Shown: positions 41,890-50,396 of the stretch, in pieces
How the letters are laid out: every line of letters starts with the position of its first letter
How positions within the stretch are numbered: the first letter of the stretch is position 1
Position numbers and translations under genes: made by a program
DNA from: a virus
Length of the DNA: 64,000 nt
IMG/VR virus record: IMGVR_UViG_2919005990_000001
Location: 1-64,000 of that record
Strand: one strand, 5' to 3'
The notes under the pieces: model-generated
Told to the model about the DNA's origin: nothing
What the model saw: the letters and a program-made list of their open reading frames with translations, nothing else
Databases searched by the model: none

Positions 41890-43875
41890 TTATGCGAATA
41901 GGTCTGCTACCTGGTCTGCCTCTTCCATTGGACTTGACGGAATAACTTGCATTGCATTGATTTCGTCATTCATAGCTTCATGGTTCGCGCTTTCGCCGTC
42001 CTGGGCCGGGGTATAGTTGGTGCCTTCCAGGAAAATGAAGGCAAAGGTATCTGCAATATCGGGTGATGTAATGCCCTTGCGCTTCATGTCTTCTTTAGAC
42101 AGGATCTTAAAGCGGGCCTGATCATCAAACGTATAAGGGATACGGGTCAGCTGCTCTTTTACTTTACCTTGCAGATAGTAGGTCTTGATCTTGAAGCGGC
42201 CCTGCTGAATGGCACGTGACATGCAGACATAGGCTTGGGCACGTTTATTCACGTACTCTTTTTTGTTCTTATTACTAAAGCATGCCCCGCCCCAGTGAAT
42301 CGGCTTAAAGTAGACGCCAATTGACTTCAAATGCTGTGCCAGGCCCGTACCGGCGCCGTTGGCATCTAGCAGAATTGTGGCATTAGAATATTCAGTCAAA
42401 CAGTCATTAATGACGGCGGTTAATTCATGAATATTGTCATTGTTCTTACATAGTGGAATACGGGTCAATTCAGCACGTCTGGCCGATGGCCCCCACTGGG
42501 CATTCCCCCATACCTTCGCAATGGTAATAGTCGAGTCATCACGGCCCACACCGCCGCCCACGTCCACCAGGATAAAGTAGCCATAGTTAGCATGCTTAAC
42601 CTTGTGCAAAGCTGCGCCCTGGTAAACCTTATCCGCCATTTTCTGCGTAACCAGAAATTCACCGGCCAGGTCTGGGAACTCACCCCGGATACGCACCATA
42701 TATTGCGGATCATCACGGGAACCATACTGCAGTAATGATTCTCGAATCTTGGACTCGGATACCAACGGCGAATCTTCAGAATTGAAAATGAGCGCGTTCC
42801 AGACGCCCCCGGCTTTCATCGATAGCTTGTGATGGGTGTCAAAAAAGAATCCCGCGGGCCGGGCCGGCTGTGAAGTCAGACACATGCGGTTATCTGGATG
42901 CGTCAAAGCACCTGTTAGAACGTCAAACACCCCGTCATCTACGGCGGCGGCCTCGTCCACCCAAATCATTAAATAATCACCGTGGTTCCCTGCTAGGGCC
43001 TGGGGATTACCTTTTGGTGCTGTTTTGGCATAAACATGCCAGGTCTTTTGATGGCCCTTGATATAAACGCTTTCTGCCAGAACGGTAATGTAATCTGCAA
43101 GCCAGGCCAGGCGCCCATTGCGCATCAGGCTTAAACAGATTTCGATTTCCTTCCACACCAGTTTCCGCAATTGCTGAATCTGCGGGGCGGAAAACATCAT
43201 CACGGAATGCGGGAAAAAACAAAGGTGCCAAAGGGCCACAACACCGGCCGAACGGGTTTTACCGGTATTGTGAAAAACCGTGCCATCTGCGGCTAGAAAT
43301 TTATGATCGCCCGATACTAAAAAGCCGTAATACTTGCCTTCCCCCAGGTTTTCCGTCTGGGTGATTCTAAAGACGTGATAGGCCCCCATAATCAGCTTGT
43401 AAACGCCGTAGCGGGACTTTTCAAAGGCAGTGAGCCTGTTCCACTGTCTAACCGTTAATTCCCGTGTAATGCGCGTTTCTACGTGCATTAAGCATAGGAT
43501 ATGGGATTCATTGAATGTATGGCCTGTCCCGTCTTCATAGGTGAAGCGGTGCATGGTTTCCTTACCACGTTCCAGGTACAGTACTTCGCGGCTCGATTTA
43601 CCATCAGCACCCATAAGGTGATGATTAATCGTGACCTCTTCCACGTTAATGCTTTGCCCATTGGCAAGCATAATTTGCGTACCCTTCGCAAAGCATCCAT
43701 GTCCTGACGATACGCTTGTACGCGAACCGTCCATTGCAATACTGTTAAATAGCTCGTCCTGTTGCCAGGTATAGTCCATTCCTAACGCTTCAACGGAAAA
43801 GCGGCCAATGTCATAGCGGTATCTTTGACAGGCGGTTTTCCATTCTGGCAACTGTTCTAAGCTTTTTAACGCCAT
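41890..43875 (-). CDS. terL: terminase large subunit interrupted by a mini-intein
   Basis: The exteins join as SSGHG/TGKTRSAG, restoring a Walker A motif. AAGGAG SD. The C-terminal half fits a nuclease-type terminase pattern. Confidence 0.75.
   Translation of the reverse strand: MALKSLEQLPEWKTACQRYRYDIGRFSVEALGMDYTWQQDELFNSIAMDGSRTSVSSGHGCFAKGTQIMLANGQSINVEEVTINHHLMGADGKSSREVLYLERGKETMHRFTYEDGTGHTFNESHILCLMHVETRITRELTVRQWNRLTAFEKSRYGVYKLIMGAYHVFRITQTENLGEGKYYGFLVSGDHKFLAADGTVFHNTGKTRSAGVVALWHLCFFPHSVMMFSAPQIQQLRKLVWKEIEICLSLMRNGRLAWLADYITVLAESVYIKGHQKTWHVYAKTAPKGNPQALAGNHGDYLMIWVDEAAAVDDGVFDVLTGALTHPDNRMCLTSQPARPAGFFFDTHHKLSMKAGGVWNALIFNSEDSPLVSESKIRESLLQYGSRDDPQYMVRIRGEFPDLAGEFLVTQKMADKVYQGAALHKVKHANYGYFILVDVGGGVGRDDSTITIAKVWGNAQWGPSARRAELTRIPLCKNNDNIHELTAVINDCLTEYSNATILLDANGAGTGLAQHLKSIGVYFKPIHWGGACFSNKNKKEYVNKRAQAYVCMSRAIQQGRFKIKTYYLQGKVKEQLTRIPYTFDDQARFKILSKEDMKRKGITSPDIADTFAFIFLEGTNYTPAQDGESANHEAMNDEINAMQVIPSSPMEEADQVADLFA
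43267..43695 (-). mobile_element. 143-aa mini-intein (HINT domain, no homing endonuclease) inserted in the terminase P-loop
   Basis: It starts CFAKGTQIMLANGQSINVEEV (block A) and ends DGTVFHN, followed by Thr (block G). Codons were checked on the sequence: Cys at 43693-43695 and Asn at 43267-43269. Confidence 0.75.
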
Positions 43876-43887
43876 TCAAGCAGCTCC

Positions 43888-44439
43888 TTAAACCGTGAAC
43901 GGAACATCAAAGCTGTCTATATCCTGCTGTGTCGGTTCAAGCCCCTCTTCATGCAGTACTGCGCTGTTACGCATGCGAATCACGGCCCAACACACCAATA
44001 AGACGGCGATATTGCCATTGGTTAAGTCTTCGCTATTCAGCTCGTAATCTTTACCTTTCACGTCCATTTTGCGCACCTGCAGAATGGCTTTAGGGTCATA
44101 ACGCTGTTTGACTTCATCGCTTAAAATCAGGCAATGCGTGGTGTCCAGTAATGCGTAGGCTTTGACGGCATCAGCCAAGTGCTCAGTTTCACTAAAGCTC
44201 AGGTCCCATTTTGGAAACACCAGGGCGTTATCCACTACGATTACAGTATTGCGCTCAATTTCCTTCATTATCTTGATTTGCTGCGCCGTCTTGCCCTTGT
44301 ATGGATCTTTAGACGGGAAATAAGGCAAAGACTTTGAAATTGTCACCTGGTCATTTTGCGTATCGAACGTGGCAATCATCCGCAATGGATCTTCACCAAA
44401 GGCACCAACACGACAATCGATATACATTTTTTGCTTCAT
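43888..44439 (-). CDS. hypothetical protein upstream of the terminase (183 aa)
   Basis: The ATG is preceded by TAAGGAATATCAGC. Its position suggests a small terminase subunit, but no motif supports that. Confidence 0.55.
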   Translation of the reverse strand: MKQKMYIDCRVGAFGEDPLRMIATFDTQNDQVTISKSLPYFPSKDPYKGKTAQQIKIMKEIERNTVIVVDNALVFPKWDLSFSETEHLADAVKAYALLDTTHCLILSDEVKQRYDPKAILQVRKMDVKGKDYELNSEDLTNGNIAVLLVCWAVIRMRNSAVLHEEGLEPTQQDIDSFDVPFTV

Positions 44440-44450
44440 GCTGATATTCC

Positions 44451-45260
44451 TTATTTCTGCACTTGTTCTTCAGTACGTTCACCGGTGATCGGATCTGCTT
44501 TTAAGCGGGTGAACTCTGGCCCTGGTTCATCCTTGTTCATGTCAGCTTCAACCACCACGTTCCACGCTTCAGGCGTCTTATCTGAACCATTGCCGGGGCC
44601 ATTTGGGTCATCAACATCGCTAAATTCATCCCCATAGAGCGGCGGTAAACCGGCAACCACACGCGGCACCAGTCCGGCCAGGTCAAATTCGACCAGGCCC
44701 GCGACCAGATTGCTTTCGTCCAGGTCGGCTTTATCCGGGTAAAGGGAATTGTCAAAAATGGTTAAGTGGTATTCCTGGCGCACATCAGGCGATAGAAAGT
44801 AATTCGCCATAATTCGGCGTTTTTCCATCAGGCGCACATAGCTGCAGAACTGTGAAGTAAAGGCATTGGCGCTGTCGGGATCATTTGCCAGGAACACAAA
44901 CTGCACGTGATAACTGCGCGGCTCTGTGCGTAGGTGCACTTTGCGCTTTAGTGGATCTGTAGGAATGGTGCACTTCAACTCAAAAGGAATGCCGATCACC
45001 TGGGATAGATCCGGCGGCGCTGCCACTTGCTGCACAGCAATCAGCAACATCGGTACATCGTTTTCTTTTTTGCGATAGCTATCCACCATCGCATTAAAGT
45101 CATTCACCAAGCGGCCTTCCGCTACGGCGTAGGCAAAGCGTTGGGATTTCCACCGGCTTAGCAGCTTGGTTTCAGCTTGCATCCACAATCTAAAATCCAG
45201 GATTAATTTTGCTATCGCTTGCTGTGCGCATTCGCGTGGGGTCAATACTCTGGTAGACAT
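44451..45260 (-). CDS. hypothetical structural-module protein (269 aa)
   Basis: AAGGGGG SD. Confidence 0.6.
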   Translation of the reverse strand: MSTRVLTPRECAQQAIAKLILDFRLWMQAETKLLSRWKSQRFAYAVAEGRLVNDFNAMVDSYRKKENDVPMLLIAVQQVAAPPDLSQVIGIPFELKCTIPTDPLKRKVHLRTEPRSYHVQFVFLANDPDSANAFTSQFCSYVRLMEKRRIMANYFLSPDVRQEYHLTIFDNSLYPDKADLDESNLVAGLVEFDLAGLVPRVVAGLPPLYGDEFSDVDDPNGPGNGSDKTPEAWNVVVEADMNKDEPGPEFTRLKADPITGERTEEQVQK

Positions 45261-45269
45261 ATAACCCCC

Positions 45270-46130
45270 TTAAAACCAGTCAAACATGCCGCCGACTTTG
45301 CGGGGCTGAATGTCTTTTTTATCGGCTTCTTTTTCCAGGCTTGCGACCACTTTGGCACTGTCAAAAAACTTGCCATCTTGAATGTAGTCATCCAGGGGAA
45401 CTGTTGGGCAAAGTAGACTGTCCAAAAGGCAGTTTTGCTTTTGCTGTTGCAGCTCTGCCCGGCGCTCTTTTTTGGCCTGGATCTCAAGCAATGCATTTTC
45501 AGCATTTACGGCCCGGATCAGGTTCTCATCAGCAACATGCACGGCGTAATTGGTGGCGTGAATGCTGTCGTACATTTGGAGCACACTAGCTTCGAGTGTT
45601 GCTTTTACCAATCCATCATTTACGGCGCTGTGGACGCTATCGAGCAACATGCCATCCCCGATGTTGGTGGCATAGTTCGGCTGTAACACGTAGTCAGTTC
45701 CACAACACTCGGTCGGGTAGACAATGCCGTTTGCTTTTTTATAGTCATGTGCCGCTGAAAAGCCGCCAATTTTGGCCTTGTACTGACGCATGGCATGCTC
45801 CCCTTCCGGGGTTTCTAAAAACTCCTGGCGATGGGTTACGTTGCCGTCTTTATCGGCCCGCATATATACCGTGCGCAATGCCGGACTGATATGAATTTGT
45901 TTGCCGTCTAAAATGGCAGTTTCAGGCGGGTTTAAGCCAAATAGCATGCGGATTTGATGCCCGTAATAACCAAGCATCGAACCTGTGTTAATCATTTCTT
46001 GCGTGGCCGGTGAATTGATTAGATTAATCCACTGCTCATAATCCACATTAGTCCGATTCTGCCCGGTAAACTGGCGCCCTCGATCCTTCAGATTAAAAGT
46101 AATTTCTCGCGTTTTTCGACCTGTAGACAT
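45270..46130 (-). CDS. candidate prohead protease/scaffold fusion
   Basis: The N-terminal domain has GYYGHQIR and IGGFSAAH, which could supply the His and Ser of a protease. The C-terminal part is a coiled coil carrying four h-h-D-S motifs. The 41-bp element lies 29 nt upstream. Confidence 0.35.
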   Translation of the reverse strand: MSTGRKTREITFNLKDRGRQFTGQNRTNVDYEQWINLINSPATQEMINTGSMLGYYGHQIRMLFGLNPPETAILDGKQIHISPALRTVYMRADKDGNVTHRQEFLETPEGEHAMRQYKAKIGGFSAAHDYKKANGIVYPTECCGTDYVLQPNYATNIGDGMLLDSVHSAVNDGLVKATLEASVLQMYDSIHATNYAVHVADENLIRAVNAENALLEIQAKKERRAELQQQKQNCLLDSLLCPTVPLDDYIQDGKFFDSAKVVASLEKEADKKDIQPRKVGGMFDWF

Positions 46131-46159
46131 GGAAAAGCCCCAACGATTTGCATTTGGGG

Positions 46160-46200
46160 CTATTGTGAAGGCTTTAAAAATGGGCCTTTTTTGATATTCC
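46160..46200 (-). promoter_or_regulatory. 41-bp upstream element
   Basis: GGAATATC-AAAAAAGGCCCATTTTTAAAGCCTTC-ACAATAG, 29 nt upstream of ATG 46130. Confidence 0.65.
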
Positions 46201-46216
46201 TGGTTTTGCGCCGTCC

Positions 46217-46717
46217 CTATTCCCGTTTATGCGGATCGATGGCAGGGATTGGGCCTGGGCAAGCTGCTATTACTCTTTCAATTTCGGCGTCATAGAGTCT
46301 AGCAGTATGTTCAACTCTTCCAAGAAGGGCTGCACCTCGGACAAGGGTGTCTGTTGCGGCCGTGGCGTAATCCGTACAGGCTGACTGGGTAGCGTTGGGC
46401 AAATATTTAATGACGGCTTGGGCGCTGTGCTGCACCCTGCTAAGCTCACTGATACGCACAGCATGCATAGCGTTAAGGTCTTCAATCTTCCTGGCAAAAT
46501 TTTCATTCGCTTTTGACTCCGCTTTGGCCCACTGGGCCTCTTTGGCTTTGGCTTCAGCCGTGAACTTTTGGATCTCGGCCTTGTGCTCTACTGCTGCAAG
46601 CTGATTTGCCGCCTGTAACTGCTTCACTTCATCACTGTGATATGAGCATGTTTTGGTAGCAAAAAAGCTCCATAGGATCAGCACACCAAAGCAAATAATT
46701 TTGAACTCGGTAAACAT
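46217..46717 (-). CDS. i-spanin (Rz-like)
   Basis: An N-terminal TM segment (FKIICFGVLILWSFFA) is followed by a coiled coil. It fully contains the o-spanin ORF in another frame. Confidence 0.7.
   Translation of the reverse strand: MFTEFKIICFGVLILWSFFATKTCSYHSDEVKQLQAANQLAAVEHKAEIQKFTAEAKAKEAQWAKAESKANENFARKIEDLNAMHAVRISELSRVQHSAQAVIKYLPNATQSACTDYATAATDTLVRGAALLGRVEHTARLYDAEIERVIAACPGPIPAIDPHKRE
46270..46506 (-). CDS. o-spanin (Rz1-like lipoprotein) embedded in the i-spanin gene
   Basis: It has a signal peptide with an SLAGC lipobox and a Pro-rich mature part. It lies in the +1 frame, entirely inside 46217-46717. The start could be the internal Met (MLCVSVSLAGC). Confidence 0.7.
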   Translation of the reverse strand: MKILPGRLKTLTLCMLCVSVSLAGCSTAPKPSLNICPTLPSQPVRITPRPQQTPLSEVQPFLEELNILLDSMTPKLKE

Positions 46718-46742
46718 GGCTTATCACCTATTGGGGATAAGC

Positions 46743-46783
46743 TCATGCTAAACGGCGCTCCAAAGCGGATTTTTCAGTATTCC
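46743..46783 (-). promoter_or_regulatory. 41-bp upstream element (weak heptamer)
   Basis: GGAATACT-N26-AGCATGA, 25 nt upstream of ATG 46717. Confidence 0.4.
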
Positions 46784-47334
46784 TAGAAATCTGGAATAGG
46801 ATTTATATTTTCAGGATCGGGCCAGTTCATTAAGGCCCGGGCTTTTTTGGTGATATAGAAATAGCCACCGCGATTCATGGAATCTCTGAAGCAATCCAAA
46901 TAGCCGTTTTGTACCAGGCTATCTGTGTGCCGCTGCACGGATCGAATACTTAGATCCGGCATCACTGCATTTTTAAGCCTGGCATTGTCTACCTGCACAT
47001 AAGTATTCACAAAGCGTAAAATAGCCACCATACGCTCAAAGCCGGCTACCATGCCTTGATCCTTCTCGACCAATACCCGCTCGACTTTCAGCTTGGGTTT
47101 TTTCTTCGACTCAAGTTCTAGGCGCCGTGGTAGGTCCACTTCAAGCATGAGTAAATGAAAAGCTGCACTCTTCTGAAATAATCGGTCTGGTGTACGGCGT
47201 TCGATAAAACAGCGTTTAAGGCGATGGTCTATTTTTTTAACAGTCCAGATTTGCCCCTGCTCTGCCTTTTCACGATATACAACCTTATCCCCGGCCTTGT
47301 AAGTAATATTTTCAGTCACTCTATTTATTCTCAT
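46783..47334 (-). CDS. winged-HTH (MarR-like) DNA-binding protein candidate
   Basis: C-terminal SIRSVQRHTDSLVQNGYL...YFYITKKA. The ATG lies 5 nt below three TGTTCAATTGAACA-type palindromes, and no SD is present. Confidence 0.5.
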   Translation of the reverse strand: MRINRVTENITYKAGDKVVYREKAEQGQIWTVKKIDHRLKRCFIERRTPDRLFQKSAAFHLLMLEVDLPRRLELESKKKPKLKVERVLVEKDQGMVAGFERMVAILRFVNTYVQVDNARLKNAVMPDLSIRSVQRHTDSLVQNGYLDCFRDSMNRGGYFYITKKARALMNWPDPENINPIPDF

Positions 47335-47338
47335 TAAT

Positions 47339-47386
47339 TGCTTAATTGAACAAAATGTTCAATTGAACACTTTGTTCAATTGAACA
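47339..47386. promoter_or_regulatory. palindrome array (3 units, two perfect)
   Basis: tgcttaattgaaca at 47339, and tgttcaattgaaca at 47356 and 47373. It ends 5 nt above the ATG of the winged-HTH gene. Confidence 0.6.
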
Positions 47387-47397
47387 TTTTAAGGCTG

Positions 47398-47595
47398 TTA
47401 AGCCTTATTCTGCGCGGCTTGCTTGTGATGCGCCGTAATGGCTGCCCGTAGTTCTGCATGGGTAAAGCCGACTGAACTTCTAGTCCACATACCGTTAATT
47501 ACGCTGATTTTCCAGTCTTCAGGAATGCCATGTTTTCTTAACATGTCATCCAGGGCTTGTGCATTCAAAATGCCTAGATCTTGAATAATGTTCAT
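47398..47595 (-). CDS. hypothetical protein (65 aa)
   Basis: ATGA overlap with the upstream gene. Confidence 0.55.
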   Translation of the reverse strand: MNIIQDLGILNAQALDDMLRKHGIPEDWKISVINGMWTRSSVGFTHAELRAAITAHHKQAAQNKA

Positions 47596-48023
47596 GCTAT
47601 AGCCTCGACTGAATAAGCGATACCACCCATACGAGTCAGATAGGCAAAAAGAATACCAACAATATTCACCTGGGCCTGATCCGGTCTTGCCTGGCAGTCA
47701 TAAGCCATTGCGATTTTATAGCCTGGTGGAAATGGGTTATCTGTCAGCAACTCAATTTCATACATCCAAGTTTGATCATCAAATGACGTCACCAAAAATT
47801 CAGCCACATTGAGCTCTTCAAGCCTTAAGTAAGGATCTTCATGATCTGGACTAAAGGCCATCCGGGCAACATCGTAGACGCCTTTAATCGGGCCATTCTC
47901 ATTTAAGAATTGCTTTATAGCTTCTACACGTTGCTGATTGGTAATGATCTTGCCACTTGCCTCTTTTAAGTACGCCTCAGACATAAAGTGGCCTTCAATT
48001 TGGATAATTCGATTCTGGTTCAT
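47592..48023 (-). CDS. hypothetical protein (143 aa)
   Basis: ATGA overlaps at both ends. Confidence 0.6.
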   Translation of the reverse strand: MNQNRIIQIEGHFMSEAYLKEASGKIITNQQRVEAIKQFLNENGPIKGVYDVARMAFSPDHEDPYLRLEELNVAEFLVTSFDDQTWMYEIELLTDNPFPPGYKIAMAYDCQARPDQAQVNIVGILFAYLTRMGGIAYSVEAIA

Positions 48024-48442
48024 GCTGTTGCCTGTGGTCGGTATTTAGTTGATTTCAGCTTTTTGATTTTCTTCACAGCCAGGCTTGGGCTTCTTAGCCA
48101 TTCTTCCAAAATTAATTGAGTGGCATAACGATACTCGCCATTTTCGGCCTTGCTCACATAGCCGCCGTTGTTGATTACGAAATCTTCAAAGGCTTGAATA
48201 TTCTTGCACTGCAAAACGGCGTCACGGATATTCTGAATCAATACCAGGTCGGCTTTACTCCACCCGGCCCCCGGGTTAATGATATGTCCAGGCCCTGTGT
48301 ATAGATAAAAGCCTTTCTCGCCAAAGTCACAAAAAAAGGTATCGCTTGATGGATCGCAATGTGTGGTATTAGATCCGTATTGCGCCGCCAAATGTAGCAA
48401 GGCGATGCATTTACCCAGGCCCAAAGTGTCGATTAAGTTCAT
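48020..48442 (-). CDS. hypothetical protein (140 aa)
   Basis: The ATG is preceded by GGAATAATAAA, which supplies an SD and also carries the upstream stop. Confidence 0.6.
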   Translation of the reverse strand: MNLIDTLGLGKCIALLHLAAQYGSNTTHCDPSSDTFFCDFGEKGFYLYTGPGHIINPGAGWSKADLVLIQNIRDAVLQCKNIQAFEDFVINNGGYVSKAENGEYRYATQLILEEWLRSPSLAVKKIKKLKSTKYRPQATA

Positions 48443-48446
48443 TTTA

Positions 48447-48656
48447 TTATTCCAGGTCAGTTAATTTGTATTTCAAAGCATCTGCCAGTTCAAAGATCAT
48501 GGCCGTTGCAATATTTAAGTTAATGTTGAGGATTAGCCCATCGATCTTGACCTGAACTAACTCCTTTCCCTCTACAATTTCGGCGCTTATATCAAGGTGG
48601 CCGTACCCTGTGTCTTCTATCGTTAATTCTGATATTTCTGCTTCAAAATTTGCCAT
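48447..48656 (-). CDS. hypothetical protein (69 aa)
   Basis: ATG start in a tightly packed region. Confidence 0.5.
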   Translation of the reverse strand: MANFEAEISELTIEDTGYGHLDISAEIVEGKELVQVKIDGLILNINLNIATAMIFELADALKYKLTDLE

Positions 48657-48659
48657 GCT

Positions 48660-49163
48660 TCACTTAATCCAGTCCGTCACTTTCAAAGTTTTAACTGGAT
48701 TAAGGGCCGCTTCACAAAAAGCAACGGCGACTGCATCAATGGGACAATCATGCTGTTTCTTCTCAGGCAACCATGTGCCGATATATGTCCGCTCAAACTC
48801 TTCTTTGCTCATTGTGATCTGGATCGGCTTGGTCATTGCTTCAAGCATTACCATTTCAAATAGAGATTTTCGTACTGGGTGGCCGTTCAAATGGTCTTGA
48901 ATACGGCGCGGTAATCGATAACCAGGTTGAGTAAATTGAGCCATGCCGACTTCCTGCAATTTGCTATTTAGGCGCTGAAAAAAATCAGCATCCAAGCGCT
49001 TTAGCCAATCTGAATAGCACTCCCCTGCCCCTTGCGGGGCGAAATCCCAGTACACCCCTGCCAGGCTTGAAACATACGCCGTTTGGGCACCTTGCGGTTC
49101 GGTTACAGCACTTTGCTGTATCTCCGGGGCAATCAATTCATGATAGGAAAACTTCTTTTTCAT
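48660..49163 (-). CDS. hypothetical protein (167 aa)
   Basis: ATG 49161-49163 with an AGGAA SD is preferred. The ORF-track start at 49184 is a TTG inside the palindrome array. Confidence 0.6.
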   Translation of the reverse strand: MKKKFSYHELIAPEIQQSAVTEPQGAQTAYVSSLAGVYWDFAPQGAGECYSDWLKRLDADFFQRLNSKLQEVGMAQFTQPGYRLPRRIQDHLNGHPVRKSLFEMVMLEAMTKPIQITMSKEEFERTYIGTWLPEKKQHDCPIDAVAVAFCEAALNPVKTLKVTDWIK

Positions 49164-49177
49164 TTTAATGTTCCTAT

Positions 49178-49225
49178 TGTTCAATTGAACATACTGTTCA
49201 TTTGAACATTCTGTTTATTTGAACA
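49178..49225. promoter_or_regulatory. palindrome array (3 units) overlapping the 3' end of CDS 49181-49666
   Basis: Units at 49178, 49195 and 49212. It lies 15 nt upstream of ATG 49163. Confidence 0.55.
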
Positions 49226-49666
49226 TTGTGCCGGGTTTTGACTCTTCCATTCTTCTTTTACCGTCTTAATCGCCTTACGATATTTGCGGTAATAATCTGG
49301 CTTGCGTTCAATGGCTTTGATGCCCGCTTCAATACGGGCCCAATCTGATTCATTCAATCCGATCCGCCCACATAAGATATTGTTCAAGTACTGTGTTTCC
49401 ATATTTGCAGCAACGGCCAATACGTTTGTCATGCCATAGCCTCGGGTGATCATCTTGGCTTCACGAATGCGCACGTCATACTGCGACATAATGGCTTGTG
49501 CGCTGACCGGCTCACTCATGACGGCGCTTTTAAGGTGATGATGTTGCCCGGTACGAAATGCGTCAATGACGGCGCGTTGCACGATTAAGCTGTAATGCGG
49601 GTAGCCGTTACGTTCTGCGATTTGAATCAATGCTTGACGGATATGCTGCGCGGTTAAAGTTCCCAT
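49181..49666 (-). CDS. hypothetical protein (161 aa)
   Basis: GAGGAA SD. The last 15 codons (..KQNVQMNSMFN) are encoded by palindrome array 49178-49225. Confidence 0.6.
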   Translation of the reverse strand: MGTLTAQHIRQALIQIAERNGYPHYSLIVQRAVIDAFRTGQHHHLKSAVMSEPVSAQAIMSQYDVRIREAKMITRGYGMTNVLAVAANMETQYLNNILCGRIGLNESDWARIEAGIKAIERKPDYYRKYRKAIKTVKEEWKSQNPAQCSNKQNVQMNSMFN

Positions 49667-49682
49667 TTGTTTTCCTCAATAT

Positions 49683-50396
49683 TTATACGGTGGCGCTGTT
49701 TTCGATCACAGCAAATTCAATAACCCATACCCAGGGATTAGATGCCCAGGCACCTTCACCGCGTAAAAAGTCCCAGGTCTGTGCAAAGAAGGAACGCGAC
49801 CAATCTGGATAGCCAAATTTACGGGATTGTCTGTCTATGGTCGGATGGCTCTTTGGGCCACCTTCAGCAATGGCATCTGCCTGGGAAATATCCTGTAGAC
49901 GCTCAATACGAATGCCGGTGATTTCCAGTAAAAGGCGGCTATAGGCTTTTGGCATGCATGCCGGTGATGAATAACGGTTGTTCCAGTACTGACCTTCAGC
50001 AAATCGACCATCAGCCAGATAAACGACACACGGCTGAAAATGCGGGTAGGCCGGAACGCCCCAGGTTCCGCCCATCTTGCGCGGGTGGCCTTTTGGGACC
50101 TCATGCGCGAACGCCGTCCCCCAGGACTCACGCACCCAAAGCCGTTGACCAATATGGCCGATAGGGCAAGCTGCTTGCTCTAATAACGCCGTTTTAAAGC
50201 TTTCTACATCAGGGAAACTAGATAAAGAAAACCTGTCTTTGGGATCTTGATAGCTCCATCCGGGGCTAATCATTGAGTTATCACTTTCCTGCCAGATAGG
50301 CTGTGTTTTGGTGACACGGCGTAACTGTGATCTTTTGCCAGAAAGAATCCCCTGGATCTCTTCAGTCTTTAAATTGATTGTGCGTTCTTTTTTCAT
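49683..50396 (-). CDS. ASCH-like phage protein
   Basis: GILSGKRSQLRRV, LWVRESW, YLADG and MPKAYSRLLLEITGIRIERLQDISQADAIAEG fit the common phage ASCH-type family pattern. Confidence 0.5.
   Translation of the reverse strand: MKKERTINLKTEEIQGILSGKRSQLRRVTKTQPIWQESDNSMISPGWSYQDPKDRFSLSSFPDVESFKTALLEQAACPIGHIGQRLWVRESWGTAFAHEVPKGHPRKMGGTWGVPAYPHFQPCVVYLADGRFAEGQYWNNRYSSPACMPKAYSRLLLEITGIRIERLQDISQADAIAEGGPKSHPTIDRQSRKFGYPDWSRSFFAQTWDFLRGEGAWASNPWVWVIEFAVIENSATV

Noticed and set aside
47339-47386. The palindrome considered as a LexA (Cheo-type GAAC-N4-GTTC) or other known host operator.
   Set aside because: The dyad is GTTC-N4-GAAC (inverted order). The GAAC..GTTC junction between units has 5-nt spacing. 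It does not match the CRP, FNR, Fur or E. coli LexA consensus sequences that I can recall.
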